Positions 13,406 through 25,399 of a stretch of 64,000 nucleotides of DNA are shown here, in pieces; positions within the stretch are counted from its first letter, which is position 1; each line of letters starts with the position of its first letter. The position numbers and the translations under genes are program-made. The notes under the pieces were generated by a model, which did not search any database, was not told where the DNA came from, and saw nothing but the letters and a program-made list of their open reading frames with translations. Source of the stretch: Gracilinanus agilis (taxonomy: Eukaryota); NCBI RefSeq assembly GCF_016433145.1, contig NC_058130.1, positions 351,504,787 through 351,568,786 of the forward strand, in the 5' to 3' direction.

Positions 13406-13781
13406 TCATACCATTGCTGGGTTTGTATCCCAAAGAGATCATAGGGGAAAAGACACGTACAAAAATATTTATAGCCTCACTCTTTGTAGTGGCAAAAAAC
13501 TGGAAAACAAGGGTATGCCCTTTAATTGGGGAATGACTGAACAAATTGTGGCATATGCTGGTGATGGAATACTACTGTGCTCAAAGGAATAATAAATTGG
13601 AGGAATTCCATGTGAACTGGAATGACCTCCAGGAATTGATGCAGAGTGAAAGGAGTAGAGCCAGAAGATCACGAGACTGATACACTGTGGTAAAATCGAG
13701 TGTAATAGACTTCTGTATGGATACTGGGGGGTTGGGGGAAGAGAGAGCAAGAACTTGAAACACGTAACCATGGGGGAAAAC
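13406..13781 (+). mobile_element. Forward 3' segment of the same 5'-inverted L1
   Basis: ORF2 C-terminus (cataccattgctgggtttgtatcccaaagag) and partial 3'UTR, followed by the second TSD copy at 13782-13797. Confidence 0.9.
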
Positions 13782-14101
13782 TAGAATATTTAGAATATTT
13801 CCATATTATAAAGAGGAGCCCCAGGGTTCTTGGTGCTGTACATTCAAACCCCCTTTTATCTTTCCAAAGGTCCCAAATTGCCAGGTAAAAGGTAAGAGTA
13901 GGAACTCGTTGTATCTGCCCACAACAGGGGTAAATCTTTAAATGGTTGAATGTGAGTTTGGCTTCATTAAATGTGACTTCACTAAGCAAATATAAATTAT
14001 TTGTTTTATCAGTTGTTTTAGATGATCAGCCCAATCACTCTCCATAACTAAGAATTAACTATTCATTCATAAAGCAAATAGTTTTTAAAAGAAGTGAAGA
14101 T

Positions 14102-14308
14102 GGGGGCAGCTGGGTAGCTCAGTGGATTGAGAGCCAGGCCTAGAGACGGGAGGTCCTAGGTTCAAATCTGGCCTCAGACACTTTCCCAGCTGTGTGACCC
14201 TGGGCAAGTCACTTGACCCCCATTGCCTACCCTTACCACTCTTCCACCAAGGAACTAATACACAGAAGTTAAGGGTTTAAAAATATTTTTAAAAAAAGTA
14301 AAAAAAGT
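14102..14308 (+). mobile_element. Young tRNA-derived SINE (SINE1_Mdo-like)
   Basis: ggggcagctgggtagctcagtgg head, B-box ggttcaaatc and A-rich tail. 15-bp TSD AAAAGAAGTGAAGAT at 14087-14101 and 14309-14323. Confidence 0.95.
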
Positions 14309-14339
14309 AAAAGAAGTGAAGATAATATAACTTTCCTCC

Positions 14340-16030
14340 TAGTCACCAGTACTATTGGTAACTTGTAGTTCTCTTTTAGAAGATACATTCACTTTAACAT
14401 TTTTATTATCTGCCATTTAGTTTCATTTTGGGATCTCTTTCAGGTGATGATTGGTGGGTTCTTTCAATTTCTATTTTATTCTCTGATTCTAAGACATCAG
14501 GGCAATTTTCCTTTATAATTTCTTGAAATATGATGTCTAGGCTTTTTCTTTGATCATGGCTTTCAGGTAGTCCAATAATCTTTAAATCAATCTATTTTCT
14601 AGATCAGTTATTTTTCCAATGGAATATTTAAAATTTTTTTTCACATTTTCTTCTATTTTTTCATTTTTTTGGCTTTGTCTTTTTGTTTCTTGATGTTTCA
14701 TGAAGTCATTACCTTCTACTTGCTAATTAGATTCCAGATCTAATTTTTAAATATTGAATTTTCATTGAATTTTTGTACTTCTTTACCATGTAGCCAATTC
14801 TGCCTTTTAAAGAGTTAGTTTCTCAATGAAGTTTTGCATCTCTTTTTCCATTTGGCCAATTCTGTTTTTCTTCATTAATTTTTGTGCCCCTTTAGCTAAG
14901 CTGTTAATTGTCTTTTTCAAAATGTCTTTCCTTTGCTCTTATTTATCTATTTTCCCTCTACTATTGTCATTTGATTTTGAAAATCATTTTTTAGCACTTC
15001 CAGGAATTCTTATTGGGCTTGTGCCCAATTCACTTTTTTTTCCTTTGAGGTTTGCTTTTTGGGTTTGTGTCTTGATTTTTCCTTTGAAAATAATAACTTT
15101 TTTATGTTCAAGTTCTTTTTTTGGTTGTTTGCTTATTTTCCCATGCTATTTCTTGACTTTGAACTTTATGTTAAAATTGGGTTCTATTCCCAGCATGTTG
15201 GAGGGAAGGTGCACTGTCTCAAGCTTCTGCCTTTTTCTTTTCTTTTTTTTTTTAAACTCTTACCTTCCTTCTTGGAATCAATACTGTGTATTTGTTCCAA
15301 GGCAGAAGAGCAGTAAGGGCTAGGCAATGGGGGTTAAGTGACTTGCCCAGGGTAATTTGAACCCAGGACCACCTGTCTCTAGGCCTGACTCTCAATCCAA
15401 TGAGCCACCCAGCTTCCCACCTTCTGCCTTTTTCTGCACTGTTTTCAGAACTAGCTCTTGGGGTTTTGAAGTTTTAGGTGTTTCCAAAGGGGTGTAGCCA
15501 CTACTCTTTTGGTTTGCACTTTATTCCTTCCTCAGGAAGGGTCCTTGTTCCCTTGGGACTGGAAGTAATACCATTCCTCAGGCTCCTTGATTCCTTGTAC
15601 CCAAAATAATATTGCTCCTCAGAGTTCTTGCTCCCTCTTGATTAAAAATGTTCTTCTCCACTCTGCACTATGGACCAGAAGAGTTTAATAGCCAATGGAG
15701 TTGCCAAACAGTATCTGGTCCTATATCTAGTGCAATCAGGATCCCATGTAGTCTCTTTCTAAATCCTTTACAGTGTCTGGCTTGAGAGCTCCTGAAGTTG
15801 CTGCTGCTTCTGTTGCCATCAGCTAGTCCCATCACTGGTGTTTCATCCAAAATGGGCTTTAGATCAATCTCTACCCCTGTATCACAGATCTCTCTTTCTG
15901 ACCTAAGTTGTCACTTGCACTAGAAGAATATCTCATCCTGATCTTCTGTTGGCACAGCCACTCCAGAATTCATTTGGAAGCATTACTTTAAAGTTGTTTG
16001 GCAGGGAATGCTGGGAGAGCTTGGCTGAAT
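14340..16030 (-). mobile_element. Old L1 ORF1 and 5' region
   Basis: Reverse complement of ORF1 (tttcaggtagtccaataatc = IIGLPE of the RRM, homologous to 63500-63520), followed by 5'UTR-like sequence. Confidence 0.8.
15239..15420 (-). mobile_element. SINE1-like SINE with a short internal deletion
   Basis: Antisense SINE with TSD CTTCTGCCTTTTTCT at 15224-15238 and 15421-15435. Confidence 0.93.
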
Positions 16031-16459
16031 GCTTCTTCTCCTTTGCCATCTTTGCCATTTAATTTCAAGATAATAGTCATATAATTCAAACTTAAGATAT
16101 AACTTCTTGACTTTTTAACAGATGCATTTTTTCTCCTAAAAATCAGCCAATTCCTTAAAAATTATCATGAATATACAGATAAATATAGTATGCTGAGTAC
16201 TTGAGTATTAGAGTTCATGTAGAAATGTTGCTTGGTCTGATTAGCAAGGAATTGGATAAATATATAGGACATTAATTGTGCTGTGTGCATGTATGATCAC
16301 ATCTCAATTATTTGGAATTGAAGAAATCATAAAAAGGAACAACCCAAAAATCATATGTGTGTATATATACATATATACATATATGTAAACATGCATATTT
16401 TGGGGTATGTGTGAAGTAAAAAACATATACTGAGTCACACATGTATTCATTATTTCTAT

Positions 16460-16565
16460 CCGCCTAGAGGGTAGGGACTTGTATACTTTTGTATTTCTAT
16501 CCCTAGCTTCTAGCACAGTATCTGATAGAGAGGAGCCATTGGGTAAATGTTTGTTGATTGAATGA
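16460..16565 (+). mobile_element. L2 3' end
   Basis: gagggtagggac...tagcacagtatctga...aaatgtttgttgattgaatg resembles the L2 terminus. Confidence 0.6.
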
Positions 16566-16729
16566 TTGGTGAATATGAAGGCCAATGATCTCATAGTACC
16601 CAACAGAACTGAGTATTTTCTAAGCTCTTCCTAGGCATAGTAAAGTGTCTTGGGAGAGGGTACAAGGTGTCCTATGACAAAATGTTATGTGTCTCTAGGT
16701 GAGAAGATCATCACTTTCTAGAAAAAAGT

Positions 16730-16925
16730 CTAATGAGGCAGGAAAAGTACTCATATTGAGAACACCTGGGTTCTCATCCACATTACATTACTAAATATGT
16801 ACATAACTAACCAATTTAGTCAAGTTACTTATCTTTCTTTATCATTTTCCTTCTCTGTGAAATGAGGGGATTAATCTAAATGACTTCTAAAATATTTTAT
16901 AGCTCTAAATTTTCTGATCTTATGA
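16730..16925 (+). mobile_element. MIR-family SINE
   Basis: acctgggttct...caagttacttatc...ttccttctctgtgaaatgagggg CORE motif. Confidence 0.6.
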
Positions 16926-17981
16926 ATGGAGCAGGGCCAAAAGGTTAATAGCTTCCTGAAGCAAGTCCTTTACATCCTTAAGGATCCCCTATGGGAAGTT
17001 ATTAAAGTAATTTTTTGATTATTCTTAGTTGGTCCAAAGGAATATAGGTATTGGCAAGTCATCATAGTATCTCACCATGACAAAAGAAAGTGGCTAAAAC
17101 TATAGGAAAACAGAAGGCAGTATAATTTATACATCAGAGAGAAGTTACTGACATTAAGATGAGACTTAAATAGAAATGACAGGAATTCATTTAAATTACC
17201 TGTCTATACCAAAAGCAAGAGAAAATTAGTTAAAGAGCAATTGCTTTGGCAATGTGAAGGAGTTTCCTACTCTTGGCAAAAAGAGTTGGGGGAAACTTTA
17301 TAAACTTTGAAGGACTAGCTTCACTATAGATTATTTAGCAATAAAAACATGCTTATCAATCTGGTAACACAAAAAGAAAACCTTTACTTTTTTCCTTCAG
17401 TCAAAGTAAACGTTAATAATTAAGATCAATGTTTGATTCATTAAATATAAATTTCAGTATACTATCATATCACTGCACAATGCCTTTTGGTACAGGAACT
17501 TTCTAGGAAATTTTTTTAGCTTACTGTTAACCTGAATAACACACATTGTTTCCCCTTAAAATCTTTTCTTTAGTCTAATAATTTCTGGTTTTATGAATTG
17601 AGACTAATATCAGTTTGTAAACTTTGAAGTACCATATAGATGAGCTGTTGCTGCTGTTATTATTATTGTTATATTTGATTATATGACATGGTCAATAGTG
17701 TTCTCCTGGAAGGATTCTAGTTGGTCACTGCTTGACCTGAAATGTTACACTGAAAAATGATGGTAATATACAAGGTGGCTCTAAACAGAGTGAAGAACAA
17801 ACAGGACAATTACTACCTAGACACTTATTATAGCTTAATTAATGTCTATATTTAATATAGTTTTTCTTTGGTTATTATATCACACACAATATTGATTTGT
17901 ATTATCCCTTTAGTCCACAAAAACCTCCAGACATTTCCCAAAATAAATATTTAGCAATCATTTTCTCCACTGGATCCATCA

Positions 17982-18095
17982 GAGATTGCTAGGTGGTCCA
18001 GTGCACTAGTGGAGAACACTAGACCTGAAGTCAAGAAGGCCTGAGTTCAAATCTAATTTCAGATACTTAGTAATTGTGTGACCCTGGACAAGTCT

Positions 18096-18096
<1 letters not shown>
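17982..18096 (+). mobile_element. MIR/Mar SINE 5' part
   Basis: gacctgaagtcaagaaggcctgagttcaaatc...tgtgtgaccctggacaagtc. Confidence 0.7.

Positions 18097-18135
<39 letters not shown>
18097..18135. repeat. (ATC)13 microsatellite
   Basis: Direct count. Confidence 0.97.
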
Positions 18136-18322
18136 TCATTAAATATCAGCTAATCATCTTTAGATTCATACAATTACTCTAGCTGGTTAATATATTTTTG
18201 GATCCTGATTCATCTATCATACCAGCTTTCTAGCCAGACATGTATGACTTCCTCTAAAACACTGATAAAAAAGGTAGACAGGAACAAGGTCAAAAACAGA
18301 TCACTAGAATATTCCTCTAGAG

Positions 18323-18612
18323 CAATGATGGCAAACCTTTTAGAGACTGTGTGCCATGCCCCTCCTCCCTGGCAGGGGAGGGAAAAAAGGAGGGGAGTGG
18401 TCCGAGCACTCTGCTCAGGGGAGGGAGTAAGCACTTCCATTGAGCTGTTGGGAAGAGGGGCAGGGAGGCACAGTAGAGAGGGGGAAGAGAACAGCTCCAC
18501 CTGAGTCCTCTGCCTTTCTAGTAACTAACTCTGGTGGGCAATAGTGTGTATGCCCACAGAGAGGTTTCTGCATGTCATCTTTGGCACATGTGCCATAGGT
18601 TCACCATAACAG
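18323..18612. mobile_element. Non-autonomous hAT (Charlie-group, OposCharlie1/OC1-like) MITE, 290 bp
   Basis: TIRs CAATGATGGCAAACCT / AGGTTCACCATAACAG, decayed from CAGTGATGGCGAACCT. 8-bp TSD CTCTAGAG (18315-18322) / CTATAGAA (18613-18620) fits the Charlie NTCTAGAN target. Confidence 0.85.
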
Positions 18613-18989
18613 CTATAGAAGCTAACTTTTAAGTCAATATCAATTGGCTTTTCACTGGTATTGGTCATATAATCAGCTTCATTACTTTTCTAAAAATCAG
18701 GGCATTTGACATTCTCTCCTCTTGTGATATCTCTCCCATTTTCACTCAATTCATCTTCACTGAACTGCTTTCCACCAAGCTTCTCCATTCTATTTCTTAT
18801 ACGTCCTTATATAATTGTATCTTCTTTCCTTTTTTATCTTTTTATTTTATTCTATTCAGTTTAACTTGTCAAATTACTTTGGAATCCTGATTCTGTCATC
18901 TATGTTGGCTATCTTTTTTCTTTTTGTGTCATCTGCAAATCTTTTGAAAATATTTTATTATATACTTAATAGTCAACAACAATGAAAAC

Positions 18990-19560
18990 ATTCAAATAAA
19001 AATGCATAAAATGTGCAAAATGACAAATTCCAAATTATTTAAAATTTGTTTAAAAACATGTAAATTATATATGTGTGCATACCCTCTACATATGAGTTCT
19101 CTGTGGATTTGTTTTACTTTGATATTTTTCTCTTGATTTCATGGCTGTTATTTTTTAAATTGTAATCATAGTATGTAGTATTCTTATTCTCTTTTCTTCT
19201 CTTTATAGCTCTTCATATTTCCATTATTTTAATTTTTCCCCAATATTTGTCAATTCTAATAACATAATACAGTCCACTGCATTAAAATATCACAATCTAT
19301 TCAGTCATTTCCCCCAATTATTACACTTGTATATGTATATTTCCAATTATTTTGTCATTACAAAGACTTCCATGAATATTTTCATACATACACATCTTTT
19401 TACCATCTCAATAATGACCTTACTACCAATCCTAGTAATGGAATCTTTAGGTAAATGAATATGAACAGTTTTACATCTCATAATGTACATTTCCATCTTG
19501 TTTTCTAAAAGACAATGCATAGTTGCTATAGCAGTGTAATATTAGACCTGTTTCTCTATG
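18990..19560 (-). mobile_element. Very old L1 3' fragment
   Basis: atatcacaatctattcagtcatttcccc...atgaatattttc...tcctagtaatggaat resembles the antisense L1 ORF2 C-terminus. Confidence 0.55.
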
Positions 19561-20039
19561 ATTAATTGACATTTGATTAACTTAAGCAGTTTGACTCTCT
19601 GGTAATATTATAAGGACCATATTTAGCTAGATTGGTCCTTAGGCAGTAGTCACAGTCTGTTGCCAGAACCATACTCTATCTAAAACCAAATCTTTCTAGC
19701 TTGGTCATACCCAGTGGAAGCTGAGAATGCCTCAGGAATCCAGGATTACCTCCATAGTATGATAAAATAGGATAAAGAGGTAAAGTAAGACTTTTACAGT
19801 CTATTCATGCTTTCTAAACTATTGCTGTCCCATCAGACCCATGCTTGGATTATTTGCATGCTTAGGCTAGCGCCTGCTAGCCTCAAGCAGGTATGTGGAT
19901 GCCCAATGCAGGCCCTACACTCAGGGAGCTTCAGAGAAAACAGTAGGGTAAATTCACTCTGATAGAGGATCCAATACTAAGTTAATTCCTAGTGTAAAAA
20001 TTTATATAAAAGAACAAATGGAATTTTTTTTATAACTCC

Positions 20040-22610
20040 TAGTAATTGCTCCAATTTCATCTTCTTTGTTGGTATGTTCACCCTTTTCATCTTTAATGCT
20101 AGTTGTTTGGTTTCTCTCTCTCTCTTTTTTGTACTAGATTAATCAAGGTTTATCAATTTTGATTTTCCCCCATAAAACCAATTCTTAGATTTATTTATTA
20201 ATTCAATGGTTTTCTTGAATTCAATTTTACTGATCTCACCTGTAGTTTTTAGGATTTCTAATTAGATGTTTAGTTGGAGATTTTTATTTTGTTCTTATTC
20301 TAGTTTTTAAAAATTGCATTCCTAATTCATTAATCTTTCTTTATTAATATTTAAGCATACATTTTGGTATTCTGTCTCATTGTTATTATTATTATTCTCT
20401 TTAATGAAAATATTTATTATTTCAATAATTTGTTCTTTAATCTATTCATTAACACTGTTAGTCTCTAATTCATATTTACTTTTTTGTTTCCATTGTCCCT
20501 TATATATGATTTTTATTGTGTTATGGTCTGAAAAGGATGCATTTAATAGTTCTGCTTTTTTACATTTAGCTATAATGTTTTTATGCCCTAATATATGATC
20601 AGTTTTTTTGTAAAGGTGTTATGTACTGCTGAGAAGGCGGCACATTTCTTTCTATTCCCATTCAGTTTTCTCCAGATATCTATCATATTTAAGTTACCTA
20701 AGATTCTATTCATCTTCTCAACTTCTTTCTTGTAAAATTTTGATTAGATTTATTGTTCTGAGAGAGGAAAATTAAAGTCCCCCACTATTACTGTTTCATT
20801 ATATATTTCCAATTGGAATTCATTTAGTTTTTCCATTAAAAACCTGGATGCTGTAAGACTTGGTCCAATACTGATAAAGCTTCATTATTCATGGGATCCC
20901 TACTCCCCCCCCACCCCCCCACCCCGCCCAATATAATATGGTTATTCTGTTCATCCCTTCTGATTATATCCATTTTAGTCACAACTCTGTTGGAGATCAT
21001 AACTACTACTTCTGTCTTTTCTGAATTATCAGCCCCTCACCTTCAATACATGTATGTAAGAGACAAGAGATTTTCAGTGTTCCTTGTAAGCAACACATTG
21101 CTGGATCCTGATTTTTGACCCATTTTGCTATCCATTTTCCTTGCATGGGTGACTTCATCCCATTCACACTCAATGTCAAAGTTACTAGATGGGCATTTCT
21201 ATCCACCATGCTCCTCTTTCAATGCTTGTCCCTCTCTTCCTTTCTTTCTGCCATATCCCACCTCAGATGTCCAATTTCCTTTGACCATGCCTCTTCAATT
21301 TGCATCCATTTCCAGAAATCCTCTCACCTTGCCCTCCTCATTCCAAATTAGTCTACCTTTCCAAAGGTCTCTCCCTTTTCCCTCCCACCTTACATTTTAA
21401 TTCTTATTCTATTACTTTTCCAAAAATCCCTTCCTTATTCCCCCAACTGTGTTCTCCAACTTCTTTTTTTAATATTTACCGTCCATCTTAGAATCAGTAC
21501 TGTATATTGGTTTTAAGGCAGAAGAGCAGTAAGGGCTAGGCAATGGAGGTTAAATGACTTGCCCAGGGTCACATAGCTAGAAAGTGTCTGAATCCAGATC
21601 TGAACCCAGGACCTCCTCTCTATGAGCTTGGTGTTTAATCCACTGAGACCTTTAGCTGTCTCCACCCCCTACTTCTTTATAGGAGTTAGATTCTAGGAAT
21701 CCTTCCTTGTTCTTGTCCTAAGAATCCCTCCCTAATTCCCTCACCTTACTCCCCCTACCTCTTGATATGTATTTCCCTCTAAGTATTCCTCCCTTTTCTT
21801 ATCCACTTGTCCTCCTTTCTCTTAACCTACCCTTCCTTCTCTTAGTCTCAGTCCCAGTCACTCCCTTATTCCATCCCCTTTCTCTCCTGTTTCTTCTGTA
21901 TGTTAAGAAAAATTTTTACCCTTCTAATTATGTATGCTGTTCCCACTTTATCCCAGATATAAGATGAGAGTTCTAGTACTACCAGCCCTTCACTCTTTCC
22001 TGCCCTTCTCTGTGCTAATTCCTCCACTCATTCCTCCTCCATGTGAGAGAGATGTTCTACCCTACCATCACTTGGTCTACTCCACTACCATTAGGGCTCA
22101 TTCCATTGCATTCACCTCAACCTCAAGTCTTCCAACTATACATGCCCCTTTACAATACCAGGCAATGATGCCATTCCTAGGGGCCATATATGACATTTTC
22201 CCACACAGAAATCAAACAATTTGACCTGTTAGGTTGCTTATGATTAGTCTTTAATCCTTATCTTTGTGTGTTTCTTATAGATCAAAATTTCTACTGAATT
22301 CTGGGTTTTTCCCAGGAATAGTTGAAACTCCTTTAGTTTGTTAAATATCCATTTTTAACCTTGTATAATTATGCTCAGCTTTGTTGGGTATGTTATTCCT
22401 CATTATAAATCCCATTTTTTTGCTCTATAAAATGCTGTGTTCCATGTCCTGTGTTCTTTTAAGGTTGTGGATATTGAGTTTTGTGTTATTCTGGCTGTAG
22501 CTCCATAGTGTTTATTCTGTTTTTTTTTCCTGTTGCCTATAGTATTTTCTCTTTAACCTGAGAGCTATAGAATTTAGCAATGATATTCCCATGCATTTTC
22601 ATCTTTGTGT
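20040..22610 (-). mobile_element. Old L1: ORF1 end, pyrimidine-rich antisense spacer, ORF2 endonuclease
   Basis: ORF 21006-21209 gives LVTLTLSVNGMKSPMQGKWIAKWVKNQDPAMCCLQ, the ORF2 N-terminus. Confidence 0.85.
21465..21662 (-). mobile_element. SINE1-like SINE
   Basis: aaggcagaagagcagtaagggctaggcaatgg...tgacttgcccagggtcaca; short TSD-like acttcttt. Confidence 0.88.
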
Positions 22611-22699
22611 CTCTATGATTGTATCTTCTTAAATATCATGCTATTTCACTGTCCTTTTTCAATAAGATATGCCTTTCCAAAACCTTATTCCAATCTAAT

Positions 22700-22810
22700 A
22701 AATAGTAAGTACTTACTATGTTCCAAACATTGTGCTATATGCTGAGAATACAATTAATAAAAAGACAGTCCCTGCCTTCAAGGAGATTACAATCTAGTGG
22801 GGTTAGACAA
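22700..22810 (-). mobile_element. L2 3' end
   Basis: agtacttactatgttccaaacattgtgcta...gtccctgccttcaaggagattacaatctagtgggg. Confidence 0.7.
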
Positions 22811-23214
22811 CATAAATGGAGGCAGGAAAGTTGGGGAGGGGGCAGGGCAGATCCTAGTGGGTACCAAGGTATTTTGTTCCATGGAGTTAAAACCAGGCAG
22901 GGAAGCAAAGTGCAGTGAGTTGAGAGACCAGTTTCTGCCCTCTAAAAAGGAAAGCATTGAAAGATTCAGATACTTTATCAGCCAGCATTCCAATCAGAGA
23001 AGAGGAGGAAGTTAAGGGAGGTGGAATCAATCATGACTTGCCTTAGCAGAATGGTGATGAGATTAGATATGATAAGCTTATCCTGGGCTTGAGGTTTGGA
23101 TGGGAGGTAGGACTGAGAGTGGGTGCAAAGCATATTGTTCCACTGAGTTGAAACCCAGCAAGATAGCAGATGCAAAGCAGAGTTATTTCAGTCATGAGTC
23201 CCTTCTCAGTGACA

Positions 23215-23475
23215 ACTTTGTTGTTTTTGTTTTTGTTTTTTTGTCATTTTAATTGTGCCCAACCTTTTGAAATCCCATTTGAGGACTTCTAGCCAAAGAT
23301 TCTGGAGTAGTTTGCCATTTCCTTCTCCAGCTCATTTTACAAATGAGGAAACTGAGGTAAACAGGGTTTAATGATTTATCCAGAGCCACATAGCTATTAA
23401 GTGTCTGAGGCCAAATTTGAATTCAAGTGGATGAGTCTGACTTCAGTCCTGGCATGCTATCTACTGTTGCCACCC
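23215..23475 (-). mobile_element. MAR1-type marsupial SINE
   Basis: RTE-derived tail (ggagtagtttgccatttccttctccag) joined to CORE (ctcattttacaaatgaggaaactgagg). Confidence 0.8.
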
Positions 23476-23489
23476 TCAGTGATAGCCAC

Positions 23490-25250
23490 TGAAATAGAAT
23501 TTTCTTGTGTTAGGGTTTTTAGTTCACCATATTTCTCCCTTCATCCATCTGTATGGATATGGATGTGGATGTCCATTATCTTTTTTGATATTGTCACTTG
23601 TGAATTAATAGTTCAATCTACTGATATACTTCCTTTGTTGTACTTAATTTTTAAAAATATTTGGCTTGGTAGATATAGGTAGTCAACTTCCTTTCTTTCT
23701 CTTTCAGTTTAAAGACCTCTTAATCACATTCACGGGACTATAAATAAATCTATTATTATTGACTTTAGTTAGGTGAGCTCCACATCTGGCCTAAAAAACC
23801 CAATGTTCTCACATTCTAAACCAGTTTGCAGAAATCAAAATCTAATTCTAAGGGACATTTCCTTACCTGGATGTTCACTTCACAAATTTGCCTTTCTTAA
23901 GTGACAACAGCAGAGGCAGTACTGTCTTCATTTTCTTGCTCAGTACTTCATAATCTCTAATAATGCTAAAAATGCTTTTTGAGGTCCTTCTGGTATTTTC
24001 ATATGTCCCTAAAGTAACCAGTTAGAGTGGGTAATACTAATCCATACTGACAAATCTTAGGAGGTAGTCACACACGAGATGAATGTCTCAGATCATTCTC
24101 CTGTCTGTCAAGGTGATAGCTACCTCAGGACTCCTCAACAGAGTCACTTCTCACCACTATTGGTGCCTTCTTCTTTGGATCATTACAAGTATGATTCCTC
24201 TCTCTGGATGGCACTAGTTTCCTTCCCTAGAGAAAAACAAAACAAAAAATTCTTCTCTTTCTCTTAAGTGTCTCCAGATAACTCCTCTAAGGGAAGATAT
24301 TAAATTACTCAGTATCAAATGCTCATTGTGACACAGATTAGTATTCCTCTTTGCCTCTTTAAATTTTTCTCCTCTCCCTCCACCAAAACTATGCTACTCA
24401 TTCTTTCAAAGAAATCTTTATTCTCTTTGTTACCCTGGAGAGTACAGAAATGTTCTTCTAGGACTTCCATCTTTTCCTCTAAGAATCAGGTCTTTGCAAA
24501 ATTCTCCTTGTCCATCTTCCTTGTTGAATCAACAACCTCTCAAGAATCAAAGTTCCTGTCATTCTTTTTTGGTAAAGTTTGTGGCTAGCTCTCCTAAGGA
24601 ACTGCCAAGCCAAACTGCTTCTTCCTTGTGTGGGGNNNNNNNNNNNNNNNNNNNNNNNNNNNNNNNNNNNNNNNNNNNNNNNNNNNNNNNNNNNNNNNNN
24701 NNNNNNNNNNNNNNNNNNNNNNNNNNNNNNNNNNNNNNNNNNNNNNNNNNNNNNNNNNNNNNNNNNNNNNNNNNNNNNNNNNNNNNNNNNNNNNNNNNNN
24801 NNNNNNNNNNNNNNNNNNNNNNNNNNNNNNNNNNNNNNNNNNNNNNNNNNNNNNNNNNNNNNNNNNNNNNNNNNNNNNNNNNNNNNNNNNNNNNNNNNNN
24901 NNNNNNNNNNNNNNNNNNNNNNNNNNNNNNNNNNNNNNNNNNNNNNNNNNNNNNNNNNNNNNNNNNNNNNNNNNNNNNNNNNNNNNNNNNNNNNNNNNNN
25001 NNNNNNNNNNNNNTGGGGGTGGGTGGAGGTAGGGGTGGCGGTGGGGTGGGGCGGGGACTCAGATCCTAGGTGTTCCCAAGCTAAAGTTTAATTTATTTCT
25101 TTTGGGCTTCCTGCTTTTTGGAGGATGTGCATTCACTAAGTTGTCTCTGATTAGCAATTAGCAGATTCCTGCCAAGCCCTAATGCAAACAGAAGCTGTCC
25201 TCACATGTCCTCTGTGGCAGAGTCTCAAGCAGATTACCAGCAAGGTTGTA
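23490..25250 (-). mobile_element. Very old L1/HAL1-like ORF1 and 5' region (spans gap)
   Basis: Antisense ORF1-like sequence and GC/G-rich 5'UTR-like sequence. Recognition by resemblance only. Confidence 0.5.
24636..25013. other. Assembly gap (378 N)
   Basis: Run of N. Confidence 1.
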
Positions 25251-25399
25251 TCTAAGTAAATATCATAATTTCTTCCTTTTCTTTTCTTGCCAGTATATGC
25301 TTCCCTAGTTGTAACATATTCTCCAAAAGTGCAAGAAGCACAATGATGTATATTCTGTAAAGTAATTCTTTTCTACATGCTTGTTGGATTTACTTTAAC

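Noticed and set aside
14826-15323. 165-aa F/L-rich plus-strand ORF
   Set aside because: It is the antisense of L1 ORF1 plus a SINE. The hydrophobicity comes from T-richness.
18210-18504. Overlapping 86-96 aa ORFs
   Set aside because: They are chance ORFs across the GC-rich MITE; there are no transposase motifs.
24494-25091. Long ORFs of 134-191 aa (also 3220-3429 and 37533-37904)
   Set aside because: They are artefacts of translating through N gaps.
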